Below, one piece after another: positions 39,067 through 51,435 of a DNA stretch of 64,000 nucleotides. A program made the translations under genes and the position numbers. The notes under the pieces were generated by a model. It worked only from the letters and a program-made list of their open reading frames with translations, was not told the DNA's origin and ran no database searches. This stretch comes from Octopus vulgaris (Eukaryota): assembly GCA_951406725.2 (NCBI GenBank), contig OX597814.1, positions 84,692,001 through 84,756,000 of the forward strand, in the 5' to 3' direction. The first letter of the stretch is position 1, and every line of letters starts with the position of its first letter.

Positions 39067-40304
39067 TCAAGATGAGTAAAAAGTAAGCAACGTTTTGAAA
39101 CATGAAATTCATCACAATATATTTCGACAATATGTAAATTTTTATTCATCAAAGTAAGTACCATTACAATCAACACATTTTTGCCGAGTTACATGTTTGT
39201 TTGATCCGGTAACATAAAAATCTGGAGTTCTGGAGCTAATGAACTCTTTGAATGCACTTTCAGTTGGTTTGATTTTTGAACTCCTTCTCTTGCAGGAAAC
39301 TGCCAAGGTTCTTGAAAAAGTGATAGTCAGTAGGAGAAAGGTCTGGGGAATAAGCTGGGTGGGGAAGAACTTAGTAGCCAAGTTCCCTCAATTTCTGGAG
39401 CATCATTAGTAAAACATATGGTCAAGCATTATCATGAAGAATGATTGGCCCTCTTCTGTTGATCAGTCTGGGATGGAGGAGTAGCAGTTTTCCATTCATT
39501 TTGGCAATTTCACGGCAATATGTTTCTGCATTATGGTTTTTCTGGGTTTTAAGATGTTATAGTGGATGAGTCCAGCAGTACACCACCAAACAGTCATCAT
39601 AACCTTCTTTTTGAAGAGCTCAGAAGAAATTTTTTTTATTATTGTACAGAATCCACTTTTCATCACAAGTTACAATACAGTCAAGAAATGGATTGGTCTG
39701 GTTATGGAGAAGAAGCAACAAGCAAATTTCATACCTGTGCATTTTTTGATTTTTATTCAAATCATGTGGTACTCATTTGTTGAGCATTTTTGATTTTATG
39801 ATCACATGCAAATGGTTGCAGGTAGTTTTCTGGCTAACTTGAAGTTCTTTTGCCAGTTCTCAAGTGGTTTTACGTAGATCTTTCTCAATGACAAGTCTTT
39901 AATTGATCATCATTGATGACAGATGGGCATCTACTACACTCAGAATCTTTAAGGCTCAGGTCTCCACTGCAAAACCATTTAAACCGTTTTCAAGCTGACC
40001 ACTCACTGGTCATTTCCTCACCAAATGTTTCATTGATATTGTCAGTAATTTCAGCTGCTTTATGTCCTTTTTTGAAGTTGAATAGCAAAATTGCTTGAAT
40101 ATTGTGCATTGACAGTTCCCTTTCAGATGATTGTAACAACAGTGAAAAAATATCAATGTTAATTTATTGATGCATTTGGGCAAGTCTGTGTCTGTATTAT
40201 CAGACAATTGCAAAAAAAAAATGTTTAAAAAAAAATTGAAAACTCTGCAAAAATCCAGTACAAATTCTTAGTTCAAAACGTTGCTTACTTTTTACTCAAC
40301 CTGA
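39067..40304 (-). mobile_element. mariner transposon, near full length, decayed
   Basis: 33-bp TIRs tcaagatgagtaaaaagtaagcaacgttttgaa / ttcaaaacgttgcttactttttactcaacctga; IVTCDEKWILY and QKCVDCNGTYFDE on the minus strand. Confidence 0.88.
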
Positions 40305-40337
40305 TTGATACAGAGTGAAGATGTTTATCAGATAGAT

Positions 40338-40685
40338 CAATGGTTCTCAACTTGGGTCCATATGGCTCTTGAGGGTCCATAAAAGATTTTTGGAGGTTTA
40401 CACAACAAAATAGTAAATCAGAGATACACAATTGTATTTTAAGGGCTCCTGAAAAAGTTTTTGCTCTAGATGTATGTATTGGTATGTACAGCAAGAAACA
40501 GCAAGGTTTCTTTCTCTAACATTTTACATAGTTCAACCTACACAGGTTAATGTGTGAAAACTATAAAAATTTGGAAAGAAGTTTTGATAAAACTAGTTTT
40601 TAAACATTGAATGGTTATGGAGGTCCACCAGAATAAAATAGCAACCAAAGGGGTCCCTAGATGAAAAAATTGTTGAGAACTCTTG
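40338..40685. mobile_element. hAT (Charlie-like) MITE
   Basis: caatggttctcaac...gttgagaactcttg termini; 8-bp TSD agatagat/agataaat. Confidence 0.75.
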
Positions 40686-41925
40686 AGATAAATACAGTGA
40701 TGTAGATGTTGAATACACTGTATTTTGGGCCTACAAGAGAAAATTTTTAAGGTAGAATGAGATTGCTTTTACCAGTGGTATTTCTTTCTTTCTGTATTGT
40801 ATGGTACACATTCAATGCTTCTAAAAAACAAATGTAAGTTTGTTTATATACATATGTAGTTGTTACTATCTAGTTCATTGAACTAGCTTTATTAAATTCA
40901 GCTGACTGTCTCTACATTGTTCAGTGTATTGAAGTAAAAAGTAAATCTCATGGACATTACTGTCTCAAGTGCAAGGACTCATAGGGCAGTTACCTGGTTT
41001 CCATTGTATATAAGTGACTGACATCACAATATTCTTCCCAAATGGGCTATTGATTGAACTGGAGTAACATGCAATGAACTTTTCTGCTCAAGAACACAAT
41101 GCGCCTACTCACTGCAGCAATTAAAACCATGATTATGTGATCATGAGTGCAATGCCCTAAAATTAGGCTATGTACCTTCACAGTTCAGTCAACAAGATCT
41201 ATATATAGTCCTGTGTGTAGTGGTTAAGTGTGTATGTAAGCAAATACATAAACCGATTCATGCTTGAAAGGAATTTATTTACAGGGTTTGATTTGTTATA
41301 AGTACACTACATAAAAATGTAGGCAACTGCTACGAGTTGCTAGAAATACAGAGTACATATTAGGAATGGATATGTTTGTGTGTGTGCGTGTTTCATTCGA
41401 AACAGTAGTCTATCGGCACTTCTAACATTTCTCTCCGCCTCTGTGGTCTGCCAAAAAACTTGGGTTGTAGATAGATCTATCTCATCTGTCTACTCCCATC
41501 TGTCTGCCTGCCTCTCCTGTTTCACCTGGTTTTATAATATTTGTGGCAGCTAGAAAGACAGACATACTGCAGCAGAGTTTATACCTAAATAGGTCAGCAC
41601 TTGTCCAGTTGAACTTCGCCTGACATACTGAGGTCGCAGGTCAAAGGAAGATGATCAATCAATTTTTGACAGGACAAAGAAAACCTTTTTTTCGTGCCTG
41701 TTGATCATCAGTTCTTGGATTCGGTTTCGAATCTAGGCTTAGAGAAGGAAGTGTTAATTCTTACATGTGTACTAGCTCTATAACATTCTGTCTAGTAGCT
41801 GTAACTGGTTCTGTCTTGTACTGTTCACATCTGTCTACTATCTACTTAGAAAAAATAATAGTGTTTAATTTTGTATGTAACAACCCATTGAGAACAAAAA
41901 TATCATTTTCTTCTTCTTTTTACAG

Positions 41926-42069
41926 CAACCCTTGGTTGGGCCTTTATTCCACTGACTGAGCTGACCCAAAGAAACACTGTAGCTGCTTTACATTCTGGAG
42001 CCATTCCTGATATCTTCATGCAGCAACATGTCCGAGAATCTCTCAACTGCACAGAAACATCTTCAAAAT
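41926..42069 (+). CDS. Exon: (S)TLGWAFIPLTELTQRNTVAALHSGAIPDIFMQQHVRESLNCTETSSK
   Basis: tttttacag| acceptor, phase 1; 'LGWAFIPL' is typical of C2-type strands; donor T|gttagc is uncertain. Confidence 0.75.
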
Positions 42070-43923
42070 GTTAGCAAATTTGATGAGCATTTTTCTTCAA
42101 CTTTGTTTCACAATAATGCTCTGTTACTATAACATTCTTTTTGCTTCTTAATAAAATTATTAAGGAATGTTTCAATTTAAATGCAAGCATTTTAAAATGG
42201 GTAGTTTTGTCTCATAGAACTAAAAGTGGTCTATTGGTAGGGCAATGGACTGGTAGAATCAGTGGAGTATGAGATGGAATGTTTTACAGTATTTGGTTAT
42301 GAGATCTAATATTTATTACTACTTAAATATAGATGTTCTGTTAGAACAAACTTTACTACAGTAGATACCATGTGAAAAACTCTTATATAGGTGTTTGGTG
42401 CAAAATGCACACTTGCCTATATCACCATAGGGGAGAAAAATCCCAACTCCAGTACCGAAACCAGATCACATGATTTCGACCTTCCTTGGTTTCATTGATG
42501 AGGGGTGCTTGACTGCTCGAGATAGCAGTGATTTTTCTCCCCGCCAGCAATATATAGAAAATCAGTGCCTGTTCAGGCACTGATGTTGTGATTAGCCTGT
42601 GAGATTGTTGAAAAATATATATTAGCAACCGAGGCAGTATCAGTACTGAGAGGTTATATTTATTCCCATTTAAATGTGGATCTTCTGTTAGAACAAACTT
42701 TACAGCAGTAGATACCATGTGAGAAATTCTCACATAGGCTTTTGGTGCAAAATGTGCACTTGTTTTAATCACTAGCAGGGAGGTAAATCCCCACCACCTC
42801 CAGCACTGAGATTACTAGATCATGGGATTTCAACCTTCCTTTATTGCATCAGTGATGGATACTCAACCTCTAGAGATAGTAGCAACTCATTTCCCTGCTA
42901 GCAATATATAGAAAACCATTGCTTGAACAAGCACTGGTATTGAGATCAGCCTTTTGCACCAAAAAAACTATATGACACTTTCTTTCATGGTATCTATCAC
43001 AGTAAAGTTTGTTCTAAAAGAACATCCATGTTTAAGTGGGAATAACCATTACGTTTTGGTACTAATACTGCCTCTGTCACTAATATATATATTTTTAGTA
43101 TTTGGTTATATCTTTTTTACATTTTGAGTTCAAACCCTACTGTGATTGACTTTGCAACTTTGCTTTCATCCATTCCAGTTTGATAAAGTACTAGAATAGA
43201 AAAGGGACCAACTTAATTTGTTGTAATCCATGCATAAAACATGGAGCTTTATGCCTATATTAGAGATCATCATTATTTTTTGTGTTGTTGTTGAGCTCCA
43301 GGTCAGCCTTGTATGAACAGACCTATGAGCAAAAAAATTCCAGTCAGGAACAGTTTGTTCTTTTGTTGGAAATAGAATATCTAGGACTATATTATTCACC
43401 ATGTTCCTTGCTTTTCAAGATGGCAAAGTGTAATAGGAGGGAGACTTGGCTGCTATTTCTTGCAGGATTCCATAAAATCTCTCTCATTGGTCTGTTACCT
43501 TTTTGTGTGATTGATGTAAGTGGATTTTGCACAATCTGTCTATTGATGCTTGATGGCTCTCATTAAAAGAAGTTAACATTTGTTCCCTATCTGGCAAAGA
43601 GATAGATTTTTCTGTATATCTTTATAAAATGATAATAGTGAACTTATATATAGTACTCAAATGCACTGTATACACTTGTCAGAAAAGAACAAAAGAGGAG
43701 CAGAAAGCAGTAATAAGTCAAGTAAAGAAAGGCAATAATAATAGTCAAAAGTACAAGCACAATACACAGCATGAATCATAAAAATAGAGAAAAGAAAAAA
43801 TGAACAGAGAGGAAGGGATGCAATAGACATGTCTGACGTTGTGCTGGTAAATTTCAGGAAGCGTGGAATTTTTGGAAGATGCTGTGTCCTGACAGTTAAT
43901 TAATATGTGTAGTTTACAATCAA

Positions 43924-44790
43924 TAAGTATCCAGGCTGTTTGCCATAGTAATGAAGCTAAAGCGTGCAGAGTGAAGCTGTTTGGCAAAGATTGACCTTGA
44001 ATTCTACTGTACATGTGCACTAAATTGTAACATTCTAGCTCACTCTGTTGTGCATGCACACTAAGTTTTAATGTTCTAGATCACTTCCACTGTTTACAGC
44101 AGTACTTGGAAGGAAGGTGTGTAGTGTGTGATCATCGATTTGACCATGACAGAGAAAGTTGTCATGGTGCTCAGAGGCCTACACTACATTACAGAAAGTG
44201 TATGGAGAGGAGTGTATGAGCCACATACAAGTGAAAAAATGTCGATATTGATGAACATCCTGGGAGATCCACAACCAGCAGAATTGAGTAAAACATCACA
44301 GATGTGCATGCAGCTGTGTGGGGAAATTGTTGAATCACCATCCGTGAGTTATCAGAGGATGTGCAGATTTGTTACGGTTTAGTTCAGTCCATTATCACTG
44401 AAGATTTGGGTATGCGACATGTCTGCCAAGTTTGTGCCAAAGCTGCTTTCAGCTGACCAAAAAGACACTTGGGTTTCAGTTGCATGAGATCTTCTTGATT
44501 GTGTTGAGAATGATGAAAACTTTTTGAAAATGTTACATAGGCATCTGAGCAGGTATTGCCAAGCTTTTGGCAAAATTTGATGCAGATTTTCTTTTCAATT
44601 TTCTCTGTCATGGTTAATGCGACAATCACACACTATGCACCTTCCTTCCAAGCACTGCTGTAAACAGTGGAAGGGAGCTAGAATGTTAAAACTTAGTGCA
44701 CATGCATGGCAGAGTACATGGTCAATCTGTGCCAAGCAGCTTCACTCTGCATGCTTTAGCTTTGTTACTATAGCAATAGTCTGGATACTA
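43924..44790. mobile_element. mariner-derived foldback: two 5' ends in inverted orientation
   Basis: ~230-nt inverted arms, each reaching the transposase start MTEK; left arm continues YGEECMS...DLGMR..SAKFVPKLL. Confidence 0.75.
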
Positions 44791-45496
44791 TGCTCAAGAA
44801 GTCTGAGCATGAAAAAATGTTTCCAAAAGTCATGGGTGCAGTTTTTTTTATTTTGTAAGCATGTAAGCCATAGCTTTCAGGATCATAAAAGTATTTAAAA
44901 ATGCTGAAAGAGAGAAAATCAGATATTCAATTAACCATTGAATATAAGATAAGTCCACCAAAACCAAGAGAATCAATAATAATAAAATGTAAGTCCAGTA
45001 GATATAAGGCTCCTAGTTTAAGAGATAATCAGTGGACTACGCAACTAGTTCTCTTGTCACAGGAAACTAACTATCACTAGCTTATCAAACAATTCTTTAC
45101 TCTACATTAACTGGTACTCTGTTAGTTACAACAAAAGGGGTTCCAGTTGATCTGATCAATGGAACAGCTTGCTCAAGAAATTAAATTGCAAGTGGCTGAG
45201 CACCCTACAGACACATGTACCCTTAACATAGTTCTGAGGGAGAGTCAGAATGACACAGAATGTGACAAAGCTGGCCCTTTGAAATACAGGTACTACTAAT
45301 TTTTGCTAGCTGAGTGGACTGGAGTAACATGAAATAAAGTGTCTTGCTCAAGGACACAAAATGTTGAACTTATGACCTTACGATTGTGAGCCAAATGCCA
45401 CTAACCTCTAAGCCACACTCCTTTATCATATAACTCTACATTACATAATTCTATATTCCTGTCAATACTTCCTCAAAACACTCTTTATCAAATGCT

Positions 45497-45528
<32 letters not shown>

Positions 45529-45807
45529 CGCTCAATAGTTACTTTTTTTACTTCCCAGGAATTCTTTATCTTACACTATAATTCTGTTTCCCATACTATA
45601 ATTCTTTATCCTACTCTATATTCCAACTCTAATTTTTCATTCTACAATATAATTTTGTATTCTGCACTTTAATTCTATATTCAACTTTCACTGTTTTAAT
45701 ATATCATATTTTTGTTTAAAGATGTTTTAGGATACAACTCTGAAATATTTCTAAAAATAGATGTAAGAACTGAAACTGCCCTCAATGCCAGGTAAGTAGG
45801 GCATATG

Positions 45808-46190
45808 TCCTCCTCCTCCTCTGCCGCCGCTGCCACTGCAGCCACCGCTGCCACTGCAGCCACCGCTTCCGCCACCGCCGTCGCTCCCACGCTGCCGTCA
45901 CCGCCGCAACCACTGCCTCCTCCTCCATCGCCGCAACCACTGCCTCCTCCTCCACCGCCGCCACCGCTGCCTCCTCCTCCACCACCTCCGCTGCCGCCAA
46001 CTCCGCTGCCTCCGCCGCCTCCGCTGCCTCCATCACTGCCGCCTCCGCTGTCACTGCTGCCTCCGCTGTCACTGCCGCCTCCGCTGTCACTGCCGCCTCC
46101 GCTGTCACTGCCGCCTCTGCCGTCACTACTGCCTCCGCCGCTTCCGCCACCCCCGCTGTTGCCGTCACCACAGCCCGCTATCATCATCAT
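45808..46190. repeat. GC-rich (CCG/CCT/CTG) trinucleotide tract with 18-nt higher-order unit
   Basis: About four ccgcctccgctgtcactg-like units; ends in atcatcatcat. Confidence 0.9.
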
Positions 46191-46475
46191 TTTAATATCC
46201 ATTTTCTGTGCTTGTATGGGTTAAATGGAATTTTCTGAGGCAGATTTTTTTTTTATGCCCAAATACCCTACCTGTCATTAACTGTCACACAAGGTAATAT
46301 TTCCCCATGCCCAGATATGTTTTCACAGAAGACTGGAATTGAAGGACACTACTTGCATGGCTGTGAAATTTGTTTACAGCCATCATGCAAAGATAAGGCA
46401 TAGAGACAGTACCCCTCCCCACATGCATACAATCACATATATACAATCACACACATACAATCACATGTATATACA

Positions 46476-46970
46476 TAGCAGTTACCCCAAAATATCATCA
46501 AGATACTACCTCCCTATGTGACACAATGTTGCAAAAACAATGCCATCCAGAGAAAAGACTGCCCTGGAATAAATAGAGAGAATCCCCCTGTTATTGAATA
46601 TGTATTCAAACTTCTGTGAAGTGTAAGCATAACAGATCAGATATTGTTGCTTGGAACAGACAAGAAAAAGTATGTATGTATCATCATAGAGGTCAGATGT
46701 TCTGCTGATGTGAATATCTCTTTGAAAATCAAACATGATAACTATGGACAGCTGCTTTGAAAATTTCAGCTTTTATATCCACATTACAAATTTACATTTA
46801 TACCAATAATAATAGGTGCACTTGATTTTGTGAGTAAATGCCTAACTGACAGTCTGGATAAGCTTGGATTTTCAGAAAAAGAAATCAGTCAGCTAACTAA
46901 CACATTACAAATACAATCTGAAAGTGGAACAATAAAAATATGCAAGATATTTCTGAGGTTTAAAATGTGA
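46476..46970 (+). mobile_element. R4/Dong-like non-LTR retrotransposon 3' fragment (restriction-like endonuclease)
   Basis: PKISSRYYLPM*HNV, KHNRSDIVAW..EKVC..IIIEVRC..D, FIPIIIGAL, GTIKICKIFL; frameshifted. Confidence 0.75.
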
Positions 46971-47222
46971 CATTGTTTTTGTGATTTACATTCCAATGAT
47001 GGACTGTGTATCTTCATTAGAAAATAGCTCCTTCCTCAGAGGAAGAATTTAAAGAATTAAAAACAAAAGGCACAAGCATTGCTGTGTGGTAAGAAGCATG
47101 CTTCCAAACCACATGGTTCTGGGTTCAGTCCCATTGTGTAGCACTTTGGGCAAGTGTCTTTTACTAAGGTCTTGGGCTAGCTAAAGCCTTGGGCTGTGAC
47201 AGAAACTGAAAGAAGCCCATCG

Positions 47223-47385
<163 letters not shown>

Positions 47386-47390
47386 ATGTA

Positions 47391-47421
<31 letters not shown>

Positions 47422-47464
47422 TTGTATGTGTGTGTATGTGTGAGTGTGTGTGTTGGTGTGTTTA

Positions 47465-48337
47465 TGAGGTAGTATCAAAAGGTTCCTGAATTTGTTATGT
47501 TTAATAAAAAAATAACTTATTTACCAAAGTTTTAACATCATTTCCTTTGAAATAGTCACCTTGCATAGCAATACACTGATTCCAGTGTTCCTACCACTTT
47601 TGGAATCCAGCCTGGAAGTCATTTTCTGTAAGTGAGTCAAGGACCTTCTGTGATTTGCTGTGGATTTCAACAATGGTGTTAAAACGGTGACCTTTGAGCT
47701 GTATTTTCATCTTGGGGAAGATATGGAAGTCTGCAGGTGCTAAATCTGGTAAATAGGGTGAGTACGGAAGTGATACTCGAAGGGTACATTGTTGTTATGA
47801 AGAATCCAATTCTTTGCACTCTACAGACCTGGTCCCTTTCACTCAATGTCATCCCTCAAATGCTTCAGAACATCACAGTAGAACTCTTGGTTGATGCTCT
47901 GGTCCTAGGTAATGAACTCTCAGTGCACAAAACTCATTTCTGAGGGTGATGCTTGTGGCAGGTCTTCTTGATCGCGCATCTTCCAGGGATGTTCTTCTGC
48001 TTTTGAAGCACTTGTACCACTTGGAACATTGCATAAACCCATTGCCTCATAACCGTAAGCTTGCCAAAGCATACTCAATGTTCCTGTAGCAGACTTCCTA
48101 AGTTTATTGCAAAATTTCATGTTGGATCTTTGTTCTTGTCCATAGCAAAATTGCAGACCACAGCATACACATGATAACAAAACCACAAATTTCAGAACTT
48201 GCAAAGTAATTGCAGTGACGTCACTCAGCACACTGCCTCATGAAGGTCACTGCTAGCTCTTGCTGTGCACACAACTGTGTACTGTTATATGTTGGTGCAC
48301 TACAGAACTTGTCTGGGAACTTTTTGATACCACCTTG
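47465..48337 (-). mobile_element. mariner element, internally deleted
   Basis: TA-flanked TIRs tgaggtagtatcaaaaggttcc / ggaactttttgataccaccttg; EQRSNMKFCNKLRKSATGTLSMLWQAYG. Confidence 0.82.
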
Positions 48338-48781
48338 TACGTCTCCATAACTTAGCAGTTTGGAGAGACTGACAGAATAAGTAGCAGGCTTAAAAAAATT
48401 TCTTGGGGTTGAGTTGTTCAACTAAAACCCTTCAAGGCAGTGCTCCAACATGGCCATAGTCAAAAGACTGAAACAGGTAAAAGATAAAAAAAGAGAACAC
48501 ACACACACACATACACACACACACACACATGGATATATATTATTTTATTCTTTTATTTGTTTCAGTTATTTGACTGCAGCTATGCCGGAGCAACACCTCA
48601 AGCAAATCGACCCCAGAACTTATTCTTTGTAAGCCTAGTACTTATTCTATTGGACACATTTGCTGAACTGCTAAGTTATGAGGATGTAAACACACCAGCG
48701 TCAATTGTCAAGTAATATTGGGGGGGACAAACGCAGACATACAAACATACACACACACATGCATATACATATATATATATA

Positions 48782-49836
48782 TCATGTCATCCCATAAGTT
48801 CTGTTGGAATTTTGACTAAAGAAAACAAGTGATCAAATGTTATATTTAATTGAAATTTAATCATCAATGTACTTTCCCTGATTATCTATGACTTCCTTAT
48901 GTCTATTTACAAGTTTTTTAATCCCGTCAATGTAAAACTCTTTTGGTTTCAAAGGGAAGAACTCTGAAATGTCAGTTTCGACCTCCTCCTGGTTTGCGAA
49001 AGTTATGTCCCCCAAATGATTCTGTAAACTATGAAACAAATTGTAGTCTGAAGGAGCAAGGTCAGAAGAATAAGGTGGATGAGGAATTTTTTCCCAACCA
49101 AGCTCTTCGATCTTCTGTGATGTGATCTTTGCAGTGTGGGGTCATGCATTGTCCTGATAAAACATCACTCCTTTTCGATTCACTAAAGCGAGTCTTTTTT
49201 CTTCAAAGCTTGGTTCAATCGCTCTTTTTCCCTTTTACCAAGCCACTCTTTACGATGTTTAACATTTCGATAGAAGATCCATTTCTCGTCAACAGTAACA
49301 AGTCCATCCAAAAAGGGTGAAATCAGTTCGTGAGAATGGAGAGAAGAGCAGATGTCAACTCTGGATTTGTGGTTGCTTTTGGACAATTCATGAGGCACCC
49401 ATTTTCCAAGTTTAGGAACCTTTCCAAGTTGTTGAAGATGATGATGAACAGTTGTATGGTTTGAACTAAGCTTTATTGCCAATTCTTCAACTGATAATGC
49501 AGGATTTTCTTCAAGTAATGCCTCAAGGAGCTTATCATCAAATTCAACTGGATGTCCTGTTTGATCTTCATCTTCAAGGCTTCAGCTGCAGAATTTCCAT
49601 TTTTGTACTCATAAAGCATTATGTGCCTCAAATGCTCTTTGGATATTTCAATGTTAGAAAGGGGTTTAATCAAAGAAATTTTGAGTCTCTTATACTGTAA
49701 AATAATATTTAATTAGTTTAAATGTATACAAATGCATAAAGATAATTTTTAATTCCATCAGACATTCTAAAATACTATTAAATTTCATTCAATTTTAAAA
49801 TAGGTAAAATCGGATAGAACTTATGAGATGACCTGA
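48782..49836 (-). mobile_element. mariner transposon (D,D34D type), decayed
   Basis: TA-flanked TIRs tcatgtcatcccataagttct / agaacttatgagatgacctga; HIMLYEY, GKWVPHELS, VTVDEKW, DLAPSDYNLFHSLQNHL. Confidence 0.92.
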
Positions 49837-50010
49837 TATATATACATATATAATATATGATGGGCTTCTTTCAGTTTCTGTCTACCAAATCCACTCACAA
49901 GACTTTGGTCAGCCTGAGGCTATAGTAGAAGATACTTGCCCAAGATGCCACGCAGTGGGACTGAACCCGGAACCATATGGTTGGTAAGCAAGCTACTTAC
50001 CACACACCCA

Positions 50011-50142
<132 letters not shown>

Positions 50143-51435
50143 GTCAGTTGTAGTGATTAAAAAGCTGCCTAAACCTAACTGGAGCTATAGTAGAAAATAG
50201 ATGCCCAAGGTACCACACAGGGGGACTGAAACTGGAACCATGTGATTGTGAAGCAAACTTTTTGTTACACAGTCATATGAGAATAATATTATAGATAGAT
50301 TATGTCTTTGATTTCATTTCATTGTTAAAATTGTTTACTTCTTGACATGAAGTGAAAAAATATTAGATAACAATTCTCAAAGTAGAAGAGGTTACAAGTG
50401 TATGATAAGAGCTATAGCTTTCAGACAAATTGTCTCCTAATATCCAATACTATGTGGAGTTTTACATTATATAATCAAATGTTTTGAATAAAATGTAATT
50501 TGGAAAGAAATGATTTATTTCATGAATCTCCATAACCTTCCAACTTTCAAAATAACTGGGGGATTTCCACAAGTTCTGCTGGTTAAATATTAGATATATC
50601 GACCATTTTACTACAGAAATCCCATATATCCACTCCAAATTTCATTACCTGTAACTACGAAAAGCAGTTTTATATACCAGACTATCTTTTGTTCAAGAAG
50701 GTCAAGCTTGAAATTATTTTCTGTTGTGTGTTAAGAAGCTTCCTTCTCAACCACATGATTCTGGGTTCAGTCCTACTATGTGGCCCCTTGGGCAAATATC
50801 TTCTTCTATAGCCTTAGGCTGACAAAAGATTTATGATGGATTTGGTAGATGGAAACTGAAAGAAGCCCATTGTGTGTGTTTTTATCTCCCACCACTGCTT
50901 GACAACCAGTGTTGGTGTGTTTATGTCTCTGTACTTAGCAGTTCAGCAAAAGGGATCAATAGAATAAGTACCAATTTTTAAATAATATATTAGGATCTAT
51001 TCATTCAACTAAAAATTCTTGAAGGTGGTGCCCCAGCATGGCCACTGTCTAATGCCTGAATCAAATGAAATATAAAAGATAAAAGATATATCAAGTTTTA
51101 TGAGATACCATGACTTGTAGAAAATGCAAATTCTGTTTTTTTGTGGTAGTGGATATAACATAGACACAAAGGCTATGATATTCATTGAAAATGTATTATA
51201 ATCTTGGGATTGCAAATCATTGTAAAAAATAACCATGAAATTTAATTTTACAGTTAAAGATTTAATAGCATAACATTTCAATTCACTTCCCTATTTGAAA
51301 AGAAAAAAAAGAAAATATTTTTCATAAGTGTGGCTGTATAGTAAGAAGTTTGCTTTACAACCACATGGTTCTGAGTTCAGTCCCACTGTGTGGAACCTTC
51401 AGCAATGTCTGCTGCTATAGCACCAGGCTGACCAA

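Noticed and set aside
45696-46224. Gly/Ser-, Pro- and Ala/Glu-rich ORFs resembling structural proteins
   Set aside because: Open in several frames on both strands because the trinucleotide tract lacks stops; it abuts a retroelement tail and has no convincing splice sites.
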